Assembly (NCBI GenBank): GCA_045535665.1
Contig: JAZSMD010000067.1
Location: forward strand, 23,227 to 87,226
Source: Eubacteriales bacterium
Lineage (GTDB): Bacteria; Bacillota; Clostridia; Oscillospirales; UBA644
Reading direction: 5' to 3'
DNA: 64,000 bases
Part shown: piece by piece, positions 1-7,888 of the stretch
Layout: the number at the start of each line of letters is the position of its first letter
Position numbering within the stretch: the stretch's first letter is position 1
Position numbers and translations under genes: made by a program
Notes under the pieces: generated by a model
The model's input: the letters and a program-made list of their open reading frames with translations, nothing else
The model's database searches: none
Told to the model about the DNA's origin: nothing

Positions 1-401
1 CGGAACTTTACGAAATAACCGAATCGAATAAATTCTGTGTTCTCGGTCATATCTACTATCCGCTGAGATATATTAAAGCACAAGGCTTTGAGCTTGACTA
101 CACCAAATACGATGCGGAAATGGCTCAGATACTGAAATTGACAGCTCAGAACGGTAAAGGCATAGAAATAAATATAAGCGAAAAAAGCTATAACAAATCA
201 AAAGAGGATTGGCTCTTCCATCTCAGATATACAAAAATATTCAGAGACCTTGGCGGTGAAATAATCACCACGGGAAGCGACGGTCACAATCCCGATGCGG
301 TGGGCAAGAATATTGACGACGCGACGGAGATCCTGAAAGAAGCAGGCTTCCGATACGTTTCAAAATTCAGAAAAATGAAGCCCACATTTGAAAAAATCTG
401 A
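1..401 (+). CDS. PHP-domain histidinol-phosphatase-like protein, 3' fragment (start lies upstream of window)
   Basis: Frame 3 is open from base 3 to TGA at 399-401. The translation ELYEITESNKFCVLGHIYYPLRYIKAQGF...GSDGHNPDAVG aligns colinearly with the C-terminal half of the next ORF. The 120..401 ORF in the track starts at an internal Met only. Confidence 0.75.
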   Translation, partial: ELYEITESNKFCVLGHIYYPLRYIKAQGFELDYTKYDAEMAQILKLTAQNGKGIEINISEKSYNKSKEDWLFHLRYTKIFRDLGGEIITTGSDGHNPDAVGKNIDDATEILKEAGFRYVSKFRKMKPTFEKI

Positions 402-425
402 TTAAAGAAAGACGGGTAAATCAAA

Positions 426-1235
426 ATGTATAAAATAGACTATCATATTCACACAAGATTCTCTATGGACTCCGAAGCAGATCCTCTGGAAGAGATACTT
501 GCGGCAAAATCAAGAGGTATAGACGATCTTATTTTCACAGACCATTGTGACTGCAACTATGAACCCGCAACCCCCCCCGATATGGAGCCCTGGCCCTTCC
601 TTGAAGTTGAAGAATATTGGAAATATATGAACGAGCTCCGCAACACAAGCGGTTACGACTTCGGTATCGGTCTTGAGATCGGTCAGTCCACCCAGGAGCT
701 TGAAAGAGCAAACGGAATTATCGCATCTCATGAATGGGACTTCGTTATCGGCTCACTCCATAACCTCAATCATGAATACGATTTCTGTCTCCTCGACTAC
801 ACAAAGAGAGACGTTTACAAAACATTTGGAGATTACTTTGCAGAGCTTTACGATACAGCAAAAATAAATAATTTCTCCGTTCTCGGTCATCTCTACTACC
901 CCATAAGATACGTCATCAACCAAGGTATAGACTTTGATCTTTCAAGATTCGATGCAGATATGGCTGAAATTTTAAAGGTCATCGCACAGAACGGCAAGGG
1001 TATAGAAGTAAACCTTAAAGGCTTCGATCCTTCCAAAAACAATCTGATACCCAACCTTAAATACGTTAAAATGTTCCGTGAGCTTGGCGGCGAGATCATC
1101 ACAATCGGCAGTGACGGTCACGACAATGACGCTGTAGGTAAATACGTTACGGAAGCAACTGAAATAGTTAAAGAAGCAGGCTTCAACTACGTGGCAAAAT
1201 TCAGAAAAATGAAGCCCACATTTGAAAGAATATAA
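426..1235 (+). CDS. histidinol-phosphatase family protein (PHP / HisJ-type)
   Basis: 269 aa. N-terminal DYHIHTRFSMDS and FTDHCD metal-ligand motifs plus a C-terminal GSDGH are typical of PHP-domain HisJ/HisK phosphatases. It is a tandem paralogue of the upstream fragment. Confidence 0.75.
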   Translation: MYKIDYHIHTRFSMDSEADPLEEILAAKSRGIDDLIFTDHCDCNYEPATPPDMEPWPFLEVEEYWKYMNELRNTSGYDFGIGLEIGQSTQELERANGIIASHEWDFVIGSLHNLNHEYDFCLLDYTKRDVYKTFGDYFAELYDTAKINNFSVLGHLYYPIRYVINQGIDFDLSRFDADMAEILKVIAQNGKGIEVNLKGFDPSKNNLIPNLKYVKMFRELGGEIITIGSDGHDNDAVGKYVTEATEIVKEAGFNYVAKFRKMKPTFERI

Positions 1236-1253
1236 GTCAAGAGGTATCGGTAA

Positions 1254-1742
1254 ATGGATAAGAACGAAAGAATACTGAGACTTCTTGAAGAAAACGCCCA
1301 CTTCACACATAAAAACATTGCCGATGCTGTGGGTATGACAGAAGAAGAAGTCGATAAAATTATTGAACAGTATGAAAATGACGGTGTAATTCTCGGATAT
1401 AAAGCCCTTATAAACTGGGATAAAACTTCAAGAGAATACGTTTCCGCAATCATTGAAATAAAGGTTCAGCCCATCAAAGGCGAAGGCTTCACTCAGGTTG
1501 CACGTCAGATATGCGCTTTTCCCGAAGTCGTTTCCTGTTACCTTATGTCAGGCGGCTTTGACCTGGCTGTAACACTTGAGGGCAAGAGCATGAAAGAAGT
1601 TGCAATGTTTGTTTTTGAAAAGCTCTCTGTAATAGAAGGTGTTACGGGAACCGCTACACACTTTGTGCTTAACAAATACAAGGATAAAGAGCTTATCTTT
1701 GAAGCACAGGAAAAAGATGACAGACAGATGATGGAGTTATAA
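1254..1742 (+). CDS. Lrp/AsnC family transcriptional regulator
   Basis: 162 aa. It has an N-terminal winged HTH (ILRLLEENAHFTHKNIADAVGMTEEEV) followed by an AsnC-type ligand-binding domain. The length is typical of the family. Confidence 0.85.
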   Translation: MDKNERILRLLEENAHFTHKNIADAVGMTEEEVDKIIEQYENDGVILGYKALINWDKTSREYVSAIIEIKVQPIKGEGFTQVARQICAFPEVVSCYLMSGGFDLAVTLEGKSMKEVAMFVFEKLSVIEGVTGTATHFVLNKYKDKELIFEAQEKDDRQMMEL

Positions 1743-1748
1743 GAAAGA

Positions 1749-2918
1749 ATGAATTACGACAGTATACTTCTCGACAAAGTCAAAGGTATGAAGCCTTCTG
1801 GAATCAGAAAATTCTTTGACCTTGCGGATTCAATCGAAGGCTGTATCTCTTTAGGTGTAGGTGAACCTGATTTCAAAACTCCCTGGCACATCCGACAGGC
1901 AGCAATAGACTCTCTCCAGAGGGGTATGACAAGATATACCTCAAATGCAGGTCTTATGGAATTGAGAGAAGAAATATCTCGCTACATGGAAAGAAGATTC
2001 GGACTTAATTACGACCCCAAATCTCAGGTTATAATTACGGTAGGCGGAAGCGAAGGCATTGATGCGGTCATCCGTTCAATGGTGGGACACGGTGACGAGG
2101 TCATAATTCCCGAACCCTCATTTGTTTGTTACTCCCCCCTTACAGTCCTTGCAGGAGGAACACCCGTTCATCTGCCCACATATGAAAAGGATAATTTCAA
2201 AATAGACCCAGAGGTTTTAAGAAACGCAATAACTCCGAAAACGAAATTACTTATCCTCCCCTACCCCAATAACCCAACCGGGGCCTTGATGACAGCGGAA
2301 GATTATGCAGCTATTGCGAAAGTACTTTTAGGTACAAATATCGTAGTTCTCGCAGACGAAATATATGCGGAGCTTTGCTATAATACAGACAAGCCGAATT
2401 CCTTTGCCTCAGCCCCCGGAATGTACGACAGAACAATAATCGTCAACGGTTTTTCCAAAACATACGCAATGACAGGCTGGAGAATGGGTTTCATCTGCGG
2501 TCCGAAGGAAATTCTCGGAAGCACGTTAAAAATACATCAATACGGAATAATGTCCGCACCGACCACAAGCCAATACGCGGCAATCGAAGCTCTTAAAAAC
2601 GGTGACGAGGATATAGAAGAAATGAAAACTCATTATAATATGAGAAGAAGATATCTTCTGGACTCCTTCAACAGTATGGGAATTCCCTGCTTTGAGCCTC
2701 TCGGCGCTTTCTATGTGTTTCCCAACGTATCAAAATTCGCAACCTCATCGGAAGAATTCTGCACAGACTTTTTAAATAAACAAAAGGTTGCAGTTGTTCC
2801 GGGAAATGCTTTCGGTGAAAACGGTGAAGGCTTTGTAAGGATCTCCTACGCATATTCGATGGAGCATCTGAGAAAAGCCATGGACAGACTTGATAAATAT
2901 ATCAACCATAATATCTGA
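1749..2918 (+). CDS. class I/II pyridoxal-phosphate-dependent aminotransferase (aspartate/aromatic type)
   Basis: 389 aa. Motifs LGVGEPDF, PNNPTG and the PLP-lysine motif FSKTYAMTGWRMG are present. Confidence 0.85.
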   Translation: MNYDSILLDKVKGMKPSGIRKFFDLADSIEGCISLGVGEPDFKTPWHIRQAAIDSLQRGMTRYTSNAGLMELREEISRYMERRFGLNYDPKSQVIITVGGSEGIDAVIRSMVGHGDEVIIPEPSFVCYSPLTVLAGGTPVHLPTYEKDNFKIDPEVLRNAITPKTKLLILPYPNNPTGALMTAEDYAAIAKVLLGTNIVVLADEIYAELCYNTDKPNSFASAPGMYDRTIIVNGFSKTYAMTGWRMGFICGPKEILGSTLKIHQYGIMSAPTTSQYAAIEALKNGDEDIEEMKTHYNMRRRYLLDSFNSMGIPCFEPLGAFYVFPNVSKFATSSEEFCTDFLNKQKVAVVPGNAFGENGEGFVRISYAYSMEHLRKAMDRLDKYINHNI

Positions 2919-2920
2919 AT

Positions 2921-3793
2921 ATGAAAGTTAAAGCATACGCAAAAATAAATCTGACTCTCGATATTCCGGGAATACGTCAAGACGGATATCATGAGTTAAG
3001 CTCCGTATTCAGCACGGTTTCTCTTCATGACGAGTTGGAGATCACAGTTTCCGACTCCCATTCGGGGAATGAAATAACCCTTTATTGCAGCGAGCCAACA
3101 ATTCCCTGCGACGACAGAAATCTTTGTTGGAAAGCTGCCTCGTCAATGGTTGAAAAATACGGAATAACAAATAAAAAAATAAACATAGACCTTACGAAAA
3201 ACATCCCGTCGGGTGCAGGTCTCGGTGGCGGAAGCTCCGACTGTGCAGAAACCTTGAAAGCATTGAATAAGCTTCTGGAAATAAACGCCTCGGATACTGA
3301 GCTTGAAAAGCTCGGTGCTAAATTGGGAGCAGATGTACCCTTCTTCATCAAAGGCGGAATTCAGCTCGCAGAGGGTATCGGAGACATTCTTACAAGCCCT
3401 GATATCACTTTACCACAAGACCTTGATATTGTAATTATCAAGCCAAAAGCAGAGCTTCTCAGCGGAAATATCTACAAAATATTTGACATTCTGCCAAAAG
3501 ACAAGCTTCCCAATGCATCAACAGAAAAATTCATAAAAGAAATTTCGGCAGAAAATCCGTATGCGTTTAAGCTCATAACGAATATGCTTGAACCTGCTGC
3601 AAAAACCTTATGCGAAGATATCGGAGCTGCTGAGAACTTGCTTATGGAAAACGGTGCTGTATCCGCAATGATGACAGGCAGCGGTTCTGCGGTTTTTGGA
3701 GTATTCACAGACAGAGACAAGGCGGCGGAAGCTCTTGAAGCCGCAAAACATAATAATAAAATAATTTTCGGCACAATGTGTCGGTTTATATGA
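2921..3793 (+). CDS. ispE: 4-(cytidine 5'-diphospho)-2-C-methyl-D-erythritol kinase
   Basis: 290 aa. It starts with the KAYAKINLTLDI...DGYHEL motif and carries the GHMP kinase motif PSGAGLGGGSSD. Confidence 0.85.
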   Translation: MKVKAYAKINLTLDIPGIRQDGYHELSSVFSTVSLHDELEITVSDSHSGNEITLYCSEPTIPCDDRNLCWKAASSMVEKYGITNKKINIDLTKNIPSGAGLGGGSSDCAETLKALNKLLEINASDTELEKLGAKLGADVPFFIKGGIQLAEGIGDILTSPDITLPQDLDIVIIKPKAELLSGNIYKIFDILPKDKLPNASTEKFIKEISAENPYAFKLITNMLEPAAKTLCEDIGAAENLLMENGAVSAMMTGSGSAVFGVFTDRDKAAEALEAAKHNNKIIFGTMCRFI

Positions 3794-3811
3794 TTCAGGA
3801 GGAATCAGGAA

Positions 3812-6427
3812 ATGAAATACATGGGACTTAATGAGATAAGAGAAAAATATCTCAACTTCTTCGAGTCGAAAGGTCATCTTAAAATGGACAGCTTTCCTCT
3901 CGTACCTCAAAACGACAAGAGTATTCTCCTTATAAATGCGGGCATGACACCGCTGAAACCTTATTTTACAGGTCAGCAGAAGCCCCCTCGCAACAGAGTT
4001 ACTACTTGCCAGAAATGTATCAGAACACCCGATATTGAAAGAGTTGGTAAAACCTCACGTCACGGAACATTCTTTGAAATGCTCGGTAACTTCTCTTTCG
4101 GTGACTATTTCAAAAGAGAAGCTATTAACTGGGCTTGGGAATTTGTAACAAAGGTTATGGAGCTCCCCGTTGACAGACTTTACGTTACAGTTTATCTTGA
4201 CGACGACGAAGCTTACGATATCTGGACAAAAGAGATCGGCGTAGATCCTTCACACATGACACGCATGGGCAAAGAAGACAATTTCTGGGAACACGGTTCA
4301 GGTCCTTGCGGTCCTTGCTCAGAGATATACTTTGACAGAGGTCCCGAAAAAGGCTGTGGCAAACCCGACTGTAAAGTAGGCTGTGACTGTGACAGATTCG
4401 TTGAATTCTGGAACCTTGTTTTCACACAGTTTGATAACGACGGTAACGGTAACTATACACAGCTTGCAAAGAAAAACATTGACACAGGTATGGGTCTTGA
4501 AAGACTTGCCTGCATTATGCAGGGTGTTGACTCACTCTTTGATGTTGATACAATTAAAAACGTAACAGCACGTCTTTCCGAAATGTCCTCCAAAAAATAC
4601 GGTGACTCACACGAAACAGACGTATCTCTCCGTGTTGTAACAGACCATATCAGAAGTACCACATTCATGGTATGTGACGGTGTTCTTCCTTCCAACGAAG
4701 GCAGAGGCTACGTTCTCAGAAGACTTCTCAGAAGAGCCGCACGTCACGGCAAACTCCTCGGTATCAAGTCCGAACACTTCCTCAGCGAGCTTGTTGACGT
4801 TGTTATCAGAGAAAGCGGTGCTGCATATCCCGACCTTGTAGAAAAAGCAGATTATATCAAGAGAGTTATCGAGCTTGAAGAAAACAGATTCAATCAGACT
4901 CTTGACAGCGGCCTTGCAATTCTTTCCGAAGTTATCGAAAAGGCTGAAGGAAAAATTGTAAGCGGTGATGATGCATTCAGACTCTATGACACATTCGGAT
5001 TCCCCCTTGACCTTACAAAAGAGATCCTCGAAGAAAAAGGCATGACTGTTGACGAAGAAAAATTCCAGGAACTTATGATTGAACAGCGTCAGAGAGCAAG
5101 AAATGCAAGAAGTGCTTCCGATACTTCCGCTTGGAAGGGTAATGAAGAACTTGAAGGTCTTCCCACAACAGAGTTTGTAGGCTACAAGAAGCTTTCCGCA
5201 AAAGCAGACGTTCTTGCAATTATTGCAGACGGTGAAAGAGTTGAAACAGCGGCTAAGGGTGCATCCGTACAGGTAGTACTCAACGCAACACCTTTCTACG
5301 GTGAAAGCGGCGGTCAGGTTGGTGACGTTGGTAAGATATCCAAAGGTAAAACAGTTCTTAAAGTAAACGATACAAAGAAAATAAACGGCATTTACATCCA
5401 TCATTGTACAGTTGAAAGCGGTGTTCTTGAAGTCGGTGCAAATGTCAAGGCAGAAGTTTGCGAATGTGCACGTCTTGCAACAAAGAGAAACCACAGCTCC
5501 GCTCATCTTCTCCAGGCAGCTCTCAGAAAAGTTCTCGGCAGCCATATCGCTCAGGCAGGCTCCTACGTTGACAGTAACAGAATGAGATTTGACTTCTCCC
5601 ACTTTGAAGCTATGACTCCCGCGCAGATCGCAGAAGTTGAAAAAGAAGTAAACAGAAGTATTCTCTCCGCAACTCCCGTTTCCGTTAAAGAAATGGCAAT
5701 TGAAGACGCTAAGAAAGAAGGAGCTATAGCTCTCTTCGGTGAAAAATACGGTGACACAGTAAGAGTTGTTAAAATGGGTAAAATCTCCACAGAGCTTTGC
5801 GGCGGTACACACGTTGAAAATACAGGTATGGTAGGCGCATTCAAGATTATTGCAGAACAGGGTGTTGCAGCAGGCGTTCGCCGTATCGAAGCAATCACAG
5901 GCGAAAACGTACTCAAATATATCGAAGAAAAGAACGAACTCATCGCAAAAACAGCACAGAATCTCAAATGCGGTGTAAACGACATTGATTCCAAGGCTGA
6001 AATCGTTGCAAACGAAGTAAAAGCACTTCAGAAGCAGATTTCCGATATTCAGGCAAATGCAGCTCTTTCTCAGCTTGAATCTCTCATCAATGCAGGCAAA
6101 GACCTTGGCAAATACACATTTGTTTGCGGAACACTCAATGCGAAAGCAGACGTTCTCCGTGAAATGTGCGACAGAGTTAAGGACAAGAACTCCAACGGTA
6201 TAGCTCTTCTCTTTGCTGTTGATGCTGAAACAGGTAAAGTAGGTATTGCAGCAGCTTGTGGCAAAGACGCAGTTAAAAACGGCGCTAATGCAGGCGCTAT
6301 CGTTAAGAAAGCGGCTACTATCTGCGGTGGTGGCGGTGGCGGACGTCCCGACAGCGCTACAGCAGGCGGCAAAGACGCTTCCAAGATTTCTGAAGCAGTT
6401 GCAGCTGTAGAAGAAATGCTTAAATAA
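3812..6427 (+). CDS. alaS: alanine--tRNA ligase
   Basis: 871 aa. It has the class II core (FFEMLGNFSFGDYFK), the editing-domain HSAHLL...CGGTHV motifs, and a C-terminal DHHA1 domain with a GGGGGG run. Confidence 0.97.
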   Translation: MKYMGLNEIREKYLNFFESKGHLKMDSFPLVPQNDKSILLINAGMTPLKPYFTGQQKPPRNRVTTCQKCIRTPDIERVGKTSRHGTFFEMLGNFSFGDYFKREAINWAWEFVTKVMELPVDRLYVTVYLDDDEAYDIWTKEIGVDPSHMTRMGKEDNFWEHGSGPCGPCSEIYFDRGPEKGCGKPDCKVGCDCDRFVEFWNLVFTQFDNDGNGNYTQLAKKNIDTGMGLERLACIMQGVDSLFDVDTIKNVTARLSEMSSKKYGDSHETDVSLRVVTDHIRSTTFMVCDGVLPSNEGRGYVLRRLLRRAARHGKLLGIKSEHFLSELVDVVIRESGAAYPDLVEKADYIKRVIELEENRFNQTLDSGLAILSEVIEKAEGKIVSGDDAFRLYDTFGFPLDLTKEILEEKGMTVDEEKFQELMIEQRQRARNARSASDTSAWKGNEELEGLPTTEFVGYKKLSAKADVLAIIADGERVETAAKGASVQVVLNATPFYGESGGQVGDVGKISKGKTVLKVNDTKKINGIYIHHCTVESGVLEVGANVKAEVCECARLATKRNHSSAHLLQAALRKVLGSHIAQAGSYVDSNRMRFDFSHFEAMTPAQIAEVEKEVNRSILSATPVSVKEMAIEDAKKEGAIALFGEKYGDTVRVVKMGKISTELCGGTHVENTGMVGAFKIIAEQGVAAGVRRIEAITGENVLKYIEEKNELIAKTAQNLKCGVNDIDSKAEIVANEVKALQKQISDIQANAALSQLESLINAGKDLGKYTFVCGTLNAKADVLREMCDRVKDKNSNGIALLFAVDAETGKVGIAAACGKDAVKNGANAGAIVKKAATICGGGGGGRPDSATAGGKDASKISEAVAAVEEMLK

Positions 6428-6444
6428 GTAAAGATATGTTTTGC

Positions 6445-6497
6445 GCGGAGGTATTCTTTTCGCGGAAAAAGAATACTCCCGCACCCCCAAGAAAACC
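6445..6497 (+). repeat. hairpin-plus-tail intergenic repeat, copy A (imperfect stem)
   Basis: GCGGAGGTATTCTTTTC-GCGG-AAAAAGAATACTCCCGC is followed by the tail CCCCAAGAAAACC. It is homologous to copies at 12179-12232 and 51286-51337 and lies directly 3' of the alaS stop. Confidence 0.7.
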
Positions 6498-6572
6498 GAT
6501 GTTGGGTAATGAAAACGATATTAAGTCAAATTTCTTGTTTTCTCCCCAATTCGTTTTTGTTGGAAGGGGTTC

Positions 6573-6610
6573 GGGGAAACCTTATTTTTACGGAAAAATA
6601 AGGTTTCCCC
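6573..6610 (+). repeat. perfect 17-bp stem hairpin (GGGGAAACCTTATTTTT-ACGG-AAAAATAAGGTTTCCCC)
   Basis: Read directly from the sequence. It has the same GGGG...CCCC architecture and 4-nt loop as the repeat family but a different stem sequence. No U-tract follows on either strand. Confidence 0.6.
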
Positions 6611-6650
6611 GCCAATAAAAATCACAAACCACAAAAGAAAGGAAACTACC

Positions 6651-7001
6651 ATGGACTGTATTTTTTGCAAAATAGTTGCAGGGGAAATTCCTTGCTCCAA
6701 AGTTTACGAAGACGAAAAAATACTTGCATTTAAAGATATAAATCCTCAGGCTCCCGTTCATGTAATATTTATTCCAAAACAGCACATATTAACTTGTGCA
6801 GACGATATAAACGACGGCAACAAAGAAATAATCGGTGATATTTTCGCGGCTATTTCAAAAGTTGCAAAGGAACTGGGACTGGCTGATGGCTACAGAATAA
6901 TTAACAACTGCGGCAAACACGGTGCGCAGTCTGTAAAACACATCCATTTCCATCTTTTGGGCGGTGCGCAGCTTCCCGAAGACATGGGTGTTCGTGAATA
7001 A
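6651..7001 (+). CDS. HIT (histidine triad) family protein
   Basis: 116 aa. It begins MDCIFCKIVAGEIP and carries the triad motif HIHFHLLGG. Confidence 0.9.
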   Translation: MDCIFCKIVAGEIPCSKVYEDEKILAFKDINPQAPVHVIFIPKQHILTCADDINDGNKEIIGDIFAAISKVAKELGLADGYRIINNCGKHGAQSVKHIHFHLLGGAQLPEDMGVRE

Positions 7002-7008
7002 AAAACAT

Positions 7009-7062
7009 ATCGGAAGCATTCTCTGTGTCAGTACAGAGTAGGGCTTCCGATGTCTCTTTTTT
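7009..7062 (+). terminator. intrinsic terminator after the HIT gene
   Basis: The stem ATCGGAAGC / GCTTCCGAT encloses an inner hairpin CTCTGT..ACAGAG and is followed by TCTCTTTTTT. Confidence 0.6.
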
Positions 7063-7115
7063 AAATGTTTCATTTGAAGGACTCTATGTAATACAAGAAA
7101 GGCACGGTCATAAAT

Positions 7116-7823
7116 ATGGACGAATTAAGACCTAATGAAAGCAAAAAGCTGGAAAGAACAGTTGACGGCACAACATACAATAGATATGCAATCAAAACAA
7201 GATTTGTAAATATAGGCGACGACTACGTTGAAGTCGTTAAAGAATTTGCAGCACCTCACGTACAGGAAGGCGATATCCTTTCAATCAGCGAAAAGATCAT
7301 TGCACTTTGCCAGAAACGCATCGTTTACAGAAAAGATATCCACCCCGGATTCTGGGCAAAGCTTCTCTGCAGATTTGTTCACGTTACTCCCGCAGGTCCG
7401 GGTGCAGGCACACCCCATAAAATGCAGCTGATAATCATGCTATGCGGTCTGCCGAGAGTTCTTTTTGCAACTGCATGCTCTGCCGTAACGAAGCTCTTCG
7501 GAATCAAAGGAGTTTTCTACAAGGTTTGCGGACACGAAGTTGAAGGTATCGACGGACTTATAGACTACGATATTTCTTACAAAGAATACGTTGACTACGG
7601 TATTCTCAACCCCGAAAATCCAAAAGGAGTTTGCAACGAGATATATGAAAAACTTGGTATCCCCTGCATGATAGTTGACGCCTGCGACATTTCCGTAACT
7701 ATTTTAGGTAAATGCGATGCAGTAACTCTCCCCGACGAAACTCTTGCAGAAATAATCAGGGACAACCCCGCAGGTCAGGATGACCAATGCACACCTCTTA
7801 TACTTATAAGAAAACAAAACTAA
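7116..7823 (+). CDS. CofE-like (F420-0:gamma-glutamyl ligase family) protein of unknown role
   Basis: 235 aa. The N-terminal pattern IGDDYVEVVKEF...EGDILSISEKIIALCQ resembles the CofE fold signature (GDDL...GDxLxxxxKxxS). The call rests on family resemblance by eye only. Confidence 0.5.
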   Translation: MDELRPNESKKLERTVDGTTYNRYAIKTRFVNIGDDYVEVVKEFAAPHVQEGDILSISEKIIALCQKRIVYRKDIHPGFWAKLLCRFVHVTPAGPGAGTPHKMQLIIMLCGLPRVLFATACSAVTKLFGIKGVFYKVCGHEVEGIDGLIDYDISYKEYVDYGILNPENPKGVCNEIYEKLGIPCMIVDACDISVTILGKCDAVTLPDETLAEIIRDNPAGQDDQCTPLILIRKQN

Positions 7824-7888
7824 AACAAATATCATATCCCAACGTATATTCCGAAATGGGGTAAAAATCACAATAGAAAGGTTCTGCT

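Noticed and set aside
571-578. C8 homopolymer inside the PHP phosphatase gene as a phase-variation switch
   Set aside because: It encodes an in-frame Pro-Pro within a conserved enzyme. A single tract of 8 nt in a housekeeping-type gene is insufficient evidence for contingency behaviour, so it is noted only under the tandem-paralogue finding.
3794-3811. Expected T-box or other leader upstream of alaS
   Set aside because: Only 18 nt separate ispE from alaS, which leaves room for an RBS only. alaS is evidently co-transcribed with the upstream genes.
4607-6490. 627-aa ORF on the minus strand, antisense to alaS
   Set aside because: It lies entirely within the unmistakable alaS reading frame. Its translation is low-complexity and rich in Cys/Phe/Asn with no motif, RBS or promoter. 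Long antisense open frames are a known by-product of codon bias in highly expressed genes.
6436-6618. 60-aa ORF (and the similar 51256..51453 ORF) running through the hairpin repeats, giving a shared VFFS..KNTP peptide
   Set aside because: The shared peptide is simply the translation of the repeated hairpin DNA. There is no RBS, the reading frames are not conserved outside the repeat, and copy B has no equivalent ORF.
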